Origin: an uncultured Ignavibacterium sp.
GTDB lineage: Bacteria > Bacteroidota > Ignavibacteria > Ignavibacteriales > Ignavibacteriaceae
Length of the DNA: 64,000 bases
Assembly (NCBI GenBank): GCA_964418885.1
Contig: CAYQNW010000010.1
Coordinates: forward strand, 455-64,454
Direction of reading: 5' to 3'
Shown: piece after piece, positions 19,136-28,628 of the stretch
How the letters are laid out: the number at the start of each line of letters is the position of its first letter
How positions within the stretch are numbered: the first letter of the stretch is position 1
Made by a program: the position numbers and the translations under genes
The notes under the pieces: model-generated
Seen by the model: the letters and a program-made list of their open reading frames with translations, nothing else
Database searches by the model: none
Told to the model about the DNA's origin: nothing

Positions 19136-19137
19136 TT

Positions 19138-20250
19138 ATGAAATGCAAAACAATTATTAAATACCTGGAAGATTGGGCACCAAAAGAAATTGCCTGGGGA
19201 AAAGACAACGTTGGTTTACAAATAGGAACGACAGAGAGAGAAGTAAAAAATATAATACTTAGTCTTGATTTGAATAAAAAAGTTATAGATGAAGCAATAA
19301 AAAAGAAATGTAATTTACTGATAACACATCATCCACTATTGTTTAAACCTTTAAAGAAAATAGATATACATCAAAATAAGATAGCAGGATTTGTTGAGAG
19401 TCTCGTTAAAAACGATCTCACACTTTATTCCGCACATACAAACTTCGATTACACAAAAGAGGGTGTAAGCTTTCAGCTTGCAAAAAGATTAAAACTCCAT
19501 AACATAAATTTTCTTAATAACTTAACAGAAAACCAGGTTAAGCTTGCAGTCTTTGTACCGGAAGAAAATCTACAGGAAGTAGCCAATGCAATCCATAAAA
19601 CAGGTGGCGGTATAATCGGTGAATACTCAAATTGTAGTTTCAGCACTACAGGTACCGGAACATTTCAAGGCTCAAAGACTTCTAATCCATTTATAGGAGA
19701 AAAAGAAAAGATAGAATCAGTGAAGGAAATAAAACTGGAAGTTCTGGTTGATTCCTGGAAAATGCATAAAGTAATCAAAGCGATGAAAACTGTGCATCCA
19801 TACGAAGAACCTGCATACGATATTTATCCCCTCAAAAACAAGAACGTTAATTACGGAAGTGGTGCAATTGGCACATTAATTTCTCCTATGAAAAGAACCG
19901 AATTCCTTGCGCACGTTTCCAGGCAATTAAAAATTAAAAACTTCAGGTACAGTAACGGTAAGAGCAGAACAATTAGTAAAGTTGCTGTTTGCGGCGGATC
20001 GTGCTCAGATCATTTAGAAGAAGCAATAAACAGTGGTGCGGATGCTTTTGTAACTGCAGATGTAAAATATCATGCGTTCCAGAACGCAGAAGATAGAATA
20101 TTGTTTATAGATGCAGGACATTATGAAACAGAGATCCCGTCCCTGGATGAAGTTCAAAAAAGGTTAAGAAATTTTCTGAAAAACGAAAGTAAGATAAAAG
20201 TGTTTAAATACAGTGGTTCTACAAACCCGGTAATTTTTTATAATAATTAA
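19138..20250 (+). CDS. Nif3-like dinuclear metal centre protein (GTP cyclohydrolase 1 type 2 homolog family), long form
   Basis: NIF3 motifs (DNVGLQIG, ITHHPLLFKP, AHTNFD, C-terminal DAGHYETE) with an inserted central domain. 370 aa. Confidence 0.9.
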   Translation: MKCKTIIKYLEDWAPKEIAWGKDNVGLQIGTTEREVKNIILSLDLNKKVIDEAIKKKCNLLITHHPLLFKPLKKIDIHQNKIAGFVESLVKNDLTLYSAHTNFDYTKEGVSFQLAKRLKLHNINFLNNLTENQVKLAVFVPEENLQEVANAIHKTGGGIIGEYSNCSFSTTGTGTFQGSKTSNPFIGEKEKIESVKEIKLEVLVDSWKMHKVIKAMKTVHPYEEPAYDIYPLKNKNVNYGSGAIGTLISPMKRTEFLAHVSRQLKIKNFRYSNGKSRTISKVAVCGGSCSDHLEEAINSGADAFVTADVKYHAFQNAEDRILFIDAGHYETEIPSLDEVQKRLRNFLKNESKIKVFKYSGSTNPVIFYNN

Positions 20251-20265
20251 AGGAGCTATACTAAA

Positions 20266-20991
20266 TTGTACGACAGGTTAAAAATCTTATATCAGCTTCA
20301 ATTAATTGATGATCAGCTTGACGAACTCGAAGAATTAAGAGGCGATCTCCCGAATGCAGTGAAAGAACTGGAAGAGAAGATTAATAATATGAAAGATGAG
20401 ATCGCAGATATGGAAACGCAGCAGAAAGAATCCCTGAAAAAGCGAAACGACAATGAAAAGGAAATTGATAAACTAACCGAGAATCAGAAAAAATTTAAAG
20501 CACAGCTTTACCAGGTTAGAAACAATAAAGAATATGATGCACTTACCAAAGAGATAGATCATTCAGAAGAACAGGTAAAAAAGCTTGAAGCTGAAAACGA
20601 TTCGCTTGCTGATCTCAGTAAAACTCTGACTGACAGGGTTGAAGAAATTAAACCGTCACTTGAGGAACTTAAAAAGGAACTGAAAGATAAAGAAACCGAT
20701 CTGAAAGAAATTATTAAGGCAAACGAAAAAGAAGAATCCAAACTTGCTGCTGAACGTAAAAAAATAGAAAGTGCCGTAAAAAAACCGGATCTATCAGCTT
20801 ATAAAAGAATAAGAAAGGCAAAGAAAGGAAAAGCCGTAGTTACTATAAAAAGATCGGCTTGTTCCGGTTGCCATAACATCGTTCCATCTCAAAGACAGTT
20901 GGAAATAAGGCAGAATAACAGATTATATTTTTGCGAATATTGCGGGCGTATCCTGGTTTCTATTGAAGTAGCAGATTCAGCATCTGAATAA
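20266..20991 (+). CDS. Coiled-coil C4 zinc-ribbon protein (COG1579 type)
   Basis: TTG start 10 nt after AAGGAG. About 190 aa of heptad-rich, K/E-rich sequence, then CSGCHNIV...CEYCGRIL. Confidence 0.8.
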   Translation: MYDRLKILYQLQLIDDQLDELEELRGDLPNAVKELEEKINNMKDEIADMETQQKESLKKRNDNEKEIDKLTENQKKFKAQLYQVRNNKEYDALTKEIDHSEEQVKKLEAENDSLADLSKTLTDRVEEIKPSLEELKKELKDKETDLKEIIKANEKEESKLAAERKKIESAVKKPDLSAYKRIRKAKKGKAVVTIKRSACSGCHNIVPSQRQLEIRQNNRLYFCEYCGRILVSIEVADSASE

Positions 20992-21052
20992 TCCATACTT
21001 AATTTTCTGATGAATTACACCGCCTGATTTATTATATTTGCAGCATTGGAGT

Positions 21053-21077
21053 AAATTCCTTTTGTGGGAATTTTTTG
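21053..21077 (+). terminator. Rho-independent terminator after the zinc-ribbon gene
   Basis: Stem aaattcc / ggaattt (7 bp), 7-nt loop, followed by a T-run (21071-21076). Confidence 0.55.
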
Positions 21078-21102
21078 TGTCGGAAAATTCGCAAATAAAA
21101 AG

Positions 21103-21131
21103 TTTAACATTCAATAATTGAGTATTATAAT
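21103..21131 (+). promoter_or_regulatory. Candidate sigma-70-like promoter for rnpB
   Basis: TTTAAC, a 17-nt spacer, then a perfect TATAAT (21126-21131), about 20 nt upstream of the first nucleotide of the RNase P RNA P1 stem. AT-rich context, so a chance match is possible. Confidence 0.3.
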
Positions 21132-21152
21132 AAAGTTTAAAAGAATAATAGA

Positions 21153-21544
21153 ATCAGTCAGTCCGGGCAATTGCTTTCTACTTAAAGTAGAAGGAGGAAA
21201 GTCCGAACTTCATAGAACAGGGTGCCGGGTAATCCCCGGGGATCATAAGAGAAATCTTAAGATTACTGATAGTGCCACAGAAAATATACAACCATGCTCT
21301 TGGTATGGTTAAAGGTGAAATGGCGGGGTAAGAGCCCACCGTCCGATTGGTAACAACCGGAGCCAGGTAAACCACACCCGAAGCAAGGTCAAATAGGGAA
21401 ATCGTTTCCGGCCTGCCGGTTCGAAGTTGTTCGCTTCGTAGATTTCCGGGTAGACCGCTGGATCCCGGTAGTAATATCGGGGCAAGACAAATAATTGCCG
21501 TCCCTTTTCAGGGAAACAGAATTCGGCTTACAGGACTGACTCTT
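21153..21544 (+). ncRNA. rnpB: RNase P RNA, bacterial type A
   Basis: Universally conserved blocks read directly from the sequence: GGAGGAAAGTCCGAAC, ACAGGGTGCCGGGTAATCCCCGG, AGTGCCACAGAAAATA, GGGGTAAGAGCCCACCG, AGGTAAACCACACCCGAAGCAAGGTCAAATAGG, ACAGAATTCGGCTTACAGGACTGACT. The P1 helix pairs 21156-21164 (agtcagtcc) with 21533-21541 (ggactgact). A local GC-rich island of about 390 nt. Confidence 0.93.
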
Positions 21545-21577
21545 TTGATTGTTCTTTGCATTATTAATAAACGGGCT

Positions 21578-23308
21578 ATGATGGAAAAACGCTGGAACAT
21601 CAAAGAGATTGAAGATGGTTTTGCTGTCGAAACCCTTGCAGACTCTTTAAAGATTTACGAGGTGCTGGCGCACCTCCTGGTCGAAAGAGGTATTAAGTCT
21701 TATAATGATGCAAAGAAATTTTTCAGACCCTCATTAGATTCACTTTATGATCCGTTTCTTATGAATGGAATGGAAACGGCTACTTACCGGTTGATCCAGG
21801 CGCTAACAGAAAATCAATTAATAACCATTTACGGCGATTATGATGTTGACGGTACCTGTGCCACAGCAATTTTATATCTCTTTCTAAAAGAACTGGATGC
21901 TAACGTAGACTTTTACATTCCTAAAAGATTATCCGAAGGATACGGAATATCAAAACAGGGAATCGATCAGGTTAAAGGCAAGAACACTTCACTTTTAATA
22001 AGTGTGGATTGCGGTATAACTGCCATAGAAGAAACAGAATATGCAAACCAGCTGGGAATGGATGTTATTATCTGCGATCATCACCAGCCTAAAGAAGAAT
22101 TACCGAATGCGCTTGCAGTGCTTGATCCGTTAAAACCTGAATGCAATTATCCTTTTAAATATCTTTCCGGAGCAGGAATTGCTTTTAAACTTGCACAGGG
22201 TTTATCAGAAAGAATAGGAAAACGGGAAGCTCCATTGGCTTATCTTGATCTTGCGGCACTTGCCGGCGCAGCAGATATAGTTCCTTTAACGGATGAAAAC
22301 CGGGTAATCGTTAGTGAAGGATTAAGACTTATAAATGAGTCTCCGCGTCCTGCCATTGCTGCTTTAATTGAAGCAAGTCATTTACATCCCGGTAATTTAA
22401 CATCAGGGCAAATTGTGTTTACTCTTGCTCCAAGAATAAATGCAGTTGGGAGAATGGGAGATGCCGAACGTGCTGTTGAACTACTTATAACAAAGGATAA
22501 AACGGAAGCCATGCAATTAGCCGCCGTGCTTGAAAATGAAAATTATGAGCGCAGAAAGATAGATGTGGATACTTTTGATGAAGCAATGCAGCTTGTTGAA
22601 AACTCACTTGATCTTGATAATGAAATGGCTATTATTTTACATCAGGAAGAATGGCATCCCGGGGTTATCGGAATTGTGGCTTCACGCCTGGTTGAAAAAT
22701 ATTACAGACCAACAATTATGTTAACAACAATAGATGGAGTTGCAAAAGGTTCCGCTAGAAGCATTTCTAATTTTGATATTTATGAGGCATTACAAAAGTG
22801 TGAGGGTTCTCTTATTCACTTTGGCGGTCATAAAGCAGCGGCAGGATTAGCAATTGAAATTGAAAAGCTTAATGAATTCAAAAAAAGATTTAATGAGGTT
22901 GTTCGTACTTCGATTAAAGAAACCGATCTGATGCCGGAACTCACTATTAATTCTGAATTACGATTCTCCGAAATAACACCAAAATTTTTAAGAATACTTG
23001 ATTTATTCGGACCTTTTGGTCCCGGAAATATGCGTCCGGTTTTTCTCTCTAAAAATGTTACAGTTGCAAATACACCGAGGATTGTAGGTAACGATCATCT
23101 TCTTTGCAGTTTTAAGCAGGATGGAGCCAATAAAGTTTTTGATTGTATTGGTTTTAATATGAAAGATTTTTACGATACTTTAATAAATTCAAATGGTGAT
23201 TTAAATATCGTTTATTCAATTGATAAAACTGTAAGAGATGAAAGAACTTTTCCACAGTTCAGATTGAAAGACATAAAAACAAATGAGCAAATGCAGGAGA
23301 CTTTATAA
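21578..23308 (+). CDS. recJ: Single-stranded-DNA-specific exonuclease RecJ
   Basis: DHH family motifs (IYGDYDVDGT, SVDCG, ICDHH) and DHHA1 (GGHKAAAG). The start was moved from TTG 21545 to ATG 21578; the longest ORF begins just after the rnpB P1 3' strand (21533-21541), within my approximate rnpB end coordinate. Confidence 0.92.
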   Translation: MMEKRWNIKEIEDGFAVETLADSLKIYEVLAHLLVERGIKSYNDAKKFFRPSLDSLYDPFLMNGMETATYRLIQALTENQLITIYGDYDVDGTCATAILYLFLKELDANVDFYIPKRLSEGYGISKQGIDQVKGKNTSLLISVDCGITAIEETEYANQLGMDVIICDHHQPKEELPNALAVLDPLKPECNYPFKYLSGAGIAFKLAQGLSERIGKREAPLAYLDLAALAGAADIVPLTDENRVIVSEGLRLINESPRPAIAALIEASHLHPGNLTSGQIVFTLAPRINAVGRMGDAERAVELLITKDKTEAMQLAAVLENENYERRKIDVDTFDEAMQLVENSLDLDNEMAIILHQEEWHPGVIGIVASRLVEKYYRPTIMLTTIDGVAKGSARSISNFDIYEALQKCEGSLIHFGGHKAAAGLAIEIEKLNEFKKRFNEVVRTSIKETDLMPELTINSELRFSEITPKFLRILDLFGPFGPGNMRPVFLSKNVTVANTPRIVGNDHLLCSFKQDGANKVFDCIGFNMKDFYDTLINSNGDLNIVYSIDKTVRDERTFPQFRLKDIKTNEQMQETL

Positions 23309-24054
23309 TGTCAGGACATTCAAAATGGGCAACAATTAAAAGAAAGAAGGGAGCAGCCGATGCTAAACGGGGAAAGATGTTTACAAAGCTCATAAAGGAA
23401 ATTACAATAGCTGCACGTGAAGGTGGTGGCGATCCCGGTGGAAATCCAAGATTACGTCTTGCAATCGACAATGCAAAAGCTGCTAATATGCCCGCAGACA
23501 ATATTGAAAGAGCAATTAAAAAGGCTACCGGCGAGCTCGAAGGAGTAACTTATCATGAACTTGTTTATGAAGGTTATGGTCCGGCCGGAGTAGCTTTAAT
23601 GGTTGAAGTTGCTACCGATAATAAAAACAGAACTGTTGCTGATATCAGGCATTCTTTTACCCGGTACGGAGGAAGCCTTGCGGAGACCGGTGCAGTTGCC
23701 TGGATGTTCGAACGTAAGGGAATAATTTCTTTACCTGAACAGAAAAAAACAGAAGAAGATCTGATGAATATTGTCCTTGAAGCAGGTGCAGAAGATCTGC
23801 AATTGGAAGATGAATATTTTTCGATCCAAACCGATCTTGAATCTTTTGAGCCTGTAAGGAAAGCTTTGATTGCTGCAAACCTCGAACTTGAAAATGCTTC
23901 GCTGCAGTGGATTGCCAAGAATAACATAAGCATAAAAGGCGACGAAGCAGAAAAAGTAATGAAATTGATAGAGGCAATTGAAGATAACGATGATGTACAG
24001 AATGTTTTTACTAATGCGGATATAGATGAGGAGACAATCAACCAGGCTAACTAA
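23308..24054 (+). CDS. YebC/PmpR family DNA-binding transcriptional regulator
   Basis: Diagnostic N-terminus MSGHSKWATIKRKKGAADAKRGK. 248 aa. The ATG overlaps the recJ stop (TAATG). Confidence 0.93.
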   Translation: MSGHSKWATIKRKKGAADAKRGKMFTKLIKEITIAAREGGGDPGGNPRLRLAIDNAKAANMPADNIERAIKKATGELEGVTYHELVYEGYGPAGVALMVEVATDNKNRTVADIRHSFTRYGGSLAETGAVAWMFERKGIISLPEQKKTEEDLMNIVLEAGAEDLQLEDEYFSIQTDLESFEPVRKALIAANLELENASLQWIAKNNISIKGDEAEKVMKLIEAIEDNDDVQNVFTNADIDEETINQAN

Positions 24055-24083
24055 AGGTGTTTGTAAAATTTTGTAATTAAATT

Positions 24084-24623
24084 ATGATAATACTGGGAAT
24101 TGATCCCGGAACCAACATTACTGGCTACGGGGTAATTAAATGCGAAAAAAATGCCTATAAAAAAATAGCAAGCGGGATAATAAGACTTCCCTCCTCAAAA
24201 CCAATTCCTACAAGATTAAAAATAATTTATGAAGAATTAAACAGCCTGATAAAAAAGTACAAGCCGGATGAGTTTGCAATTGAAACAGCATTTTACGGCA
24301 AGAATGTTCAATCGGCAATGAAGATCGGGTATGCACGCGGTGTTTCAATATTAGCTGCCGTTCATAATGAAATTCCTACAAGCGAGTATTCACCGAGAGA
24401 AGTCAAAAAATCTGTGGTTGGAAAAGGTGCAGCATCGAAAGATCAAGTAAGCTATATGATAAAATCCTTGCTAAGCGTTAAAACGAATGGAATAAAGTCA
24501 GACGAAACCGATGCACTCGCGATTGCACTTTGTCATGCATTCAGGATGAAAAATCCTGTTAAGAAAAATATGAACTGGAAACAGTTCGCGGAAGCATTTC
24601 CTGAAAGAATTATAAACGAATAA
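24084..24623 (+). CDS. ruvC: Crossover junction endodeoxyribonuclease RuvC
   Basis: ILGIDPGTNITGYGVI, EFAIETAF, ETDALAIALCH catalytic acidic motifs. 179 aa. Confidence 0.93.
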   Translation: MIILGIDPGTNITGYGVIKCEKNAYKKIASGIIRLPSSKPIPTRLKIIYEELNSLIKKYKPDEFAIETAFYGKNVQSAMKIGYARGVSILAAVHNEIPTSEYSPREVKKSVVGKGAASKDQVSYMIKSLLSVKTNGIKSDETDALAIALCHAFRMKNPVKKNMNWKQFAEAFPERIINE

Positions 24624-24629
24624 GAAAAA

Positions 24630-25211
24630 ATGATCGGTTATTTAAGCGGCAAAATAAAATCTTCAAAACCAACCCGGTTGTTACTAGATGTTAACGGCGT
24701 GGGTTATGTGGTTAACATTTCAATAAACACTTTTGAAAAGATTACAAACAAAGAAGCCGTAAGTCTTTTTGTTCACACTCATGTTAAGGAAGACTCGATT
24801 TCCCTTTACGGATTTTATAATGAATCTGAAAAGGAAATGTTCGAGCATTTAATCTCGGTCAACGGAATTGGTCCTAAGCTGGCATTGGGCGTACTTTCAG
24901 GAATTACGACAGAAGATCTGAAAGAAGCAATTGAAGAAGGGAATGTTTCCCGTATCGTTTCTGTGCCGGGAATAGGAAGAAAGACTGCTGAAAGATTGGT
25001 TCTTGAACTCAAAACAAAAGTTAGAGATGTTGTCGCAGAAGAAAGCGGCACTACACATCACGGTGTAAAACAGGAAGCTGTTGCAGCATTAACAACCCTG
25101 GGATATAATATGGCAATTGCAGAAAAAACAATACATGGAATATTATCATCCTCACCTGCTTGTACATTGGAAGAATTAATTAAGAAAGCTTTGGGAGAAT
25201 TAAATAGATAA
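24630..25211 (+). CDS. ruvA: Holliday junction branch migration protein RuvA
   Basis: MIGYLSGKI N-terminus, two helix-hairpin-helix motifs (VNGIGPKLAL, VPGIGRKTAERL) and a C-terminal domain III. Follows ruvC by 6 nt. Confidence 0.93.
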   Translation: MIGYLSGKIKSSKPTRLLLDVNGVGYVVNISINTFEKITNKEAVSLFVHTHVKEDSISLYGFYNESEKEMFEHLISVNGIGPKLALGVLSGITTEDLKEAIEEGNVSRIVSVPGIGRKTAERLVLELKTKVRDVVAEESGTTHHGVKQEAVAALTTLGYNMAIAEKTIHGILSSSPACTLEELIKKALGELNR

Positions 25212-25248
25212 AAGTTCATTATTCAATTGTCAAATACCAAATAAATTT

Positions 25249-25318
25249 CAAATCCTAATTCTCTATAATTAAAAACCGTCAAAACGGTTATCTTAATTTG
25301 TTTGTCATTTAGGATTTG
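25249..25318. terminator. Nested inverted repeats between convergent genes (probable bidirectional terminator)
   Basis: Outer 10-bp inverted repeat caaatcctaa (25249-25258) / ttaggatttg (25309-25318) enclosing an inner hairpin aaccgt-caaa-acggtt (25274-25289). Confidence 0.45.
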
Positions 25319-25330
25319 TCGTTTGAATAT

Positions 25331-25987
25331 TTAAACAACCTTAGCTGATAACTTCGCTATTCCTTCAATCCCGGCGTTTATCACATCTCCCTTATTTACA
25401 ATTCCTACTCCTTTAGGTGTCCCGGTATAAATCAGATCACCTTTTTCCAACGTCATTAAGGAAGAAATATACTGTACTATTTCCGCAGGCTTTAAAATCA
25501 TCTTAATCAGCTTATCCCTTTGTCTTTCCTTATCGTTAATTGAAAGAAATATTTCTTCTTCTAATGATAAATTGTAATCTTCTTTCAATACAAATTCGGA
25601 AAGAACAGCAGAGGTATCAAAACATTTTGCAATTGTCCACGGATGACCTTCTTTCTTCATCTTCGCCTGGATGTCGCGCAGGGTCATGTCCAATCCAACT
25701 CCGTAAGCAGAAATTGCTGTTTCAGCCGCCTCAATATTGATATCTTTAACCTTTTTACCAATCATTAAAACGAGTTCAACCTCATGATGCAATTCGTTTG
25801 AAAAGGATGGATATGAAATTTTATCTCCTGAGTAAATTACAGCGGTAGTCGGCTTTAAAAATATTACAGGCTTTTCAGGCACGACACTTCCGAGTTCAAG
25901 AGCATGCTCAGCATAGTTCTTACCAACACAGACTATTTTTCCAATTTCTAATTCCTTGTTACTGTTTTTTATTTTTATTGTTTTCAT
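25331..25987 (-). CDS. Fumarylacetoacetate hydrolase (FAH) family protein
   Basis: 218 aa with GKNYAEHA, HHEVELVLMIGK and YTGTPKGVG blocks typical of small FAH-fold hydrolases/isomerases. Confidence 0.85.
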   Translation of the reverse strand: MKTIKIKNSNKELEIGKIVCVGKNYAEHALELGSVVPEKPVIFLKPTTAVIYSGDKISYPSFSNELHHEVELVLMIGKKVKDINIEAAETAISAYGVGLDMTLRDIQAKMKKEGHPWTIAKCFDTSAVLSEFVLKEDYNLSLEEEIFLSINDKERQRDKLIKMILKPAEIVQYISSLMTLEKGDLIYTGTPKGVGIVNKGDVINAGIEGIAKLSAKVV

Positions 25988-26123
25988 ACGGACTTTCTCT
26001 ATGTTAGCTTTTAATTAATTATAAATAACTCTTGATAAAATTAATTCTGTTTTCCCTGAAAACATAAAAAAGACAATAAAAGTGATTTAAACAATGCCGA
26101 TTAATCCTTATTTCTACAATCGT

Positions 26124-26567
26124 TTATTCATCACCTTTTTCGATGAACTCTTTCAGGCTCGTTCCAAGTATCTGATTCCATCCTTCAACAAAACTTTCTT
26201 TTGCAAGATCGGGGTTTTCAGTACCAAAACTTTCAATTCCTTCATGCGTTAATCTCAATCTTGTTTTACTTCCTTCGTCAAAAAGTTCGAAAGTTACAAT
26301 ACTATTACCGGGATGTTCATAGTATCGCCATAAATAAGAAAATTTTTTGTCCGGTATAACTTCTGTAATCTTACATAAATGTAAATAAGACTGACCCCTC
26401 TTCCCTTTTCCTCGGAATTGAAATTCAAATCCGGCTTCAAGTTTTAGCTCCGTAAGAAGATCAAAACACCATTGTTTCAAATCCTCTTTAGTTGTAATTG
26501 CCTTCCAAACTTTAGTAGTAGGAACGTTTAGCAATACTTCTTTTATTACTGGCTCGGTTTTATTCAT
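26124..26567 (-). CDS. SRPBCC (AHSA1/START-like) domain protein
   Basis: 147 aa. N-terminal VWKAITTKEDLKQW block and a length characteristic of the Aha1-like SRPBCC family. Confidence 0.7.
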   Translation of the reverse strand: MNKTEPVIKEVLLNVPTTKVWKAITTKEDLKQWCFDLLTELKLEAGFEFQFRGKGKRGQSYLHLCKITEVIPDKKFSYLWRYYEHPGNSIVTFELFDEGSKTRLRLTHEGIESFGTENPDLAKESFVEGWNQILGTSLKEFIEKGDE

Positions 26568-26605
26568 TTTTTGTTCTCAAGATAGCTTTTTATTGTTTTA
26601 ATTTC

Positions 26606-27520
26606 TTATGATTTGTTGAACTTTGGTTTTATTCTTCTTTTTAGTTGAACAAGAACTGCACCGATAGCCGCTATCGACATACCGATAATTTCCTTGAAAG
26701 ATATTTCCTCTCCCAGGAAAATCCACGCCAGCACAGCAATTTGAATAAGCATTGTCCCATTTATAATGCTGGATTCCAATGCGGTCAAAGTTTTTAAGGT
26801 ATAATTCCAGATTACAAAAGCAATAGCCGTGTTAACAAAAGCAAGCCATAAAAGATAGATAATGTTCTGCATACTAATCGAAGGAAGCCCTTGTAATGTA
26901 ATTCCCACAACAAGAAGTACGACTGCACCAAAGCCCATACTTATTAGAGTAACCACATAAGGATTGATTCTTCCACTCCGGTTAACATCTCTGCCAAGAA
27001 CCGCTGACCCTGAGTTTGCCAGAACGCCAACTGTCATCACAATTAATCCAAGGGACTGATTATCGCTTAATCGGACAGGATAGAAATATGTAAATATCCC
27101 AATCACAAAAAGTACTGCACCAGTCCATTGTAAAAAATAGGGATACTCTTTCAGTAAAAAGATTGCCATTACCGCAACAACCAGGGGTGTAAAGTTCAGC
27201 CAAAGACTTACGGTTACTGAAGGCAAAAGCTGTAAGCCCATAAACATAGATCCCTGTGTAAAACAGATAAACAGGATACCAAGCAAAATCAGTTTCAGCC
27301 AATCTTTTCTCTCTAAATTTTTAATGGCTTGTTTGTTTTTCTTTGTAAAGGATAAGGGGAGCAGGCAAATAAGAGCAAGTATGTAACGTAAACCCGCATA
27401 GGTTAACGGTGGAATTTCTGCTAATCCCCATTTTATCAGTATGAAAGAAGTTGACCAGAGAAAGGTAACAAGCAAGGCGAGAAGTATCGCTTTTAAGTGT
27501 GGTGAAATGATTAAATTCAT
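26606..27520 (-). CDS. EamA/DMT family transporter
   Basis: 304 aa, about 10 hydrophobic helices arranged as two EamA-like halves. Confidence 0.85.
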   Translation of the reverse strand: MNLIISPHLKAILLALLVTFLWSTSFILIKWGLAEIPPLTYAGLRYILALICLLPLSFTKKNKQAIKNLERKDWLKLILLGILFICFTQGSMFMGLQLLPSVTVSLWLNFTPLVVAVMAIFLLKEYPYFLQWTGAVLFVIGIFTYFYPVRLSDNQSLGLIVMTVGVLANSGSAVLGRDVNRSGRINPYVVTLISMGFGAVVLLVVGITLQGLPSISMQNIIYLLWLAFVNTAIAFVIWNYTLKTLTALESSIINGTMLIQIAVLAWIFLGEEISFKEIIGMSIAAIGAVLVQLKRRIKPKFNKS

Positions 27521-27579
27521 TCACCCAAATATATAAAGATTTTTAATAGGTAGAAGATAATTGTTTGCAATTTTCCTTT

Positions 27580-28392
27580 TCAGGCGAGTAACGAGTGTAT
27601 CTTTTTTTCATTGACTGAATTCGGATAAAAATCTCCCATCCATCTTTTGCATCTGTTAGCATCCAATGGGACTCCTATTGCCGGAACATCATACTTAGCA
27701 CATAATCTTAATCCGTTTATCAGTTCCGGGATACAAGCAACGCCGAAAGCACCAACACTATGCCCATTTGCTATTGCGAGCCTGAAAACTTTTTTAAGAT
27801 TAGCTTCTCTCCATATGTACGCTTTAATGTGGTGTGATCTCATCATTTTGCTCACACGATTAATAGAACAATTTTTTGAGCAGTTTTTACAAACATAATC
27901 GGTTCCATCTGAAACTGATAAACATTCCATTTCCTGATCGTGAAGACAATGTGGCAGAAACGCATATTTAGTTTCAGATAAATTAAAACTTTCCTTGTTT
28001 AAACGGTTTACGAGTTCAATTTCTATCATGTAGAGAAGGTATTGTTCACGGGAGGTATTTAAAGTAGAGCCACATTTTTTAGATAACGGAAGATTTTTAA
28101 GATATAAATCGATGCCTGTAAAATACTTTGAAAAGATGCTTTCTGCTCCGATTAGAATTTCCCTAAGAAATGAATTTTCAAGCATAGTTTTTATAACTTT
28201 CTTGAGTCTTCTTTTATGCAAAGAGTTTTTTCTAATAAACTCAAGAAGTTTTGTATCATGGTTGAATTGGTTCAAAATGGTTTTTACAAAGTTATTTAGC
28301 TCTTCATAAAATAAATCTGTTGAATCATCCCTCCCATAAAGTGAATAGGTTTTACCGATTATTTTTTCCTCGTCAATTCCAATCTTTCCCAA
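27580..28392 (-). CDS. Cysteine-rich DUF116-like protein
   Basis: 270 aa with a TTG start (uncertain). Block AFLPHCLHDQEMECLSVSDGTDYVCKNCSKNCSI followed by GAFGVACIPELINGLRL resembles the DUF116 family. This assignment is from memory of the family and is not verified. Confidence 0.5.
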   Translation of the reverse strand: MGKIGIDEEKIIGKTYSLYGRDDSTDLFYEELNNFVKTILNQFNHDTKLLEFIRKNSLHKRRLKKVIKTMLENSFLREILIGAESIFSKYFTGIDLYLKNLPLSKKCGSTLNTSREQYLLYMIEIELVNRLNKESFNLSETKYAFLPHCLHDQEMECLSVSDGTDYVCKNCSKNCSINRVSKMMRSHHIKAYIWREANLKKVFRLAIANGHSVGAFGVACIPELINGLRLCAKYDVPAIGVPLDANRCKRWMGDFYPNSVNEKKIHSLLA

Positions 28393-28628
28393 ATTGCATT
28401 TACCAATAATTTATTTAGTAACTATGTAAAAAGTATTATTAATTTTTATCTAAAGTTAATCTTTATGATAATAATTATGCGGGTATTAAGCGGGATGCAA
28501 CAAGAAAAGTATTTGTCCGATTTATTACGTTACTAATTTATTAAATACTTTAGACCCTATCATAAATGTCAAGAGAGAGTAAAATACATACAAAAAAATA
28601 AATAGAAAGCCTGTTGTTAAATGTTGGA

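Noticed and set aside
21033-21040. Bacteroidota-type -7 promoter motif TAnnTTTG (TATATTTG here, also at 59137-59144 upstream of kdsA and on the minus strand at 49396-49403 upstream of the first RRM gene)
   Set aside because: At this base composition the 8-mer pattern is expected by chance roughly once per 1-2 kb per strand. The copy at 21033 sits just before a terminator, where a promoter makes little sense. These matches alone cannot support promoter calls.
21118-21375. Two ORFs of 64 and 65 aa on opposite strands
   Set aside because: They lie entirely inside the RNase P RNA gene. Their open frames are a by-product of the GC-rich structured RNA.
23574-24041. Long antisense ORFs (155 aa and 106 aa) opposite the YebC-family gene
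   Set aside because: The sense strand encodes a full-length, highly conserved YebC/PmpR protein. The antisense products are low-complexity (Ser/Ala/Leu-rich) with no start context, as expected for mirror frames of a slightly GC-richer gene.
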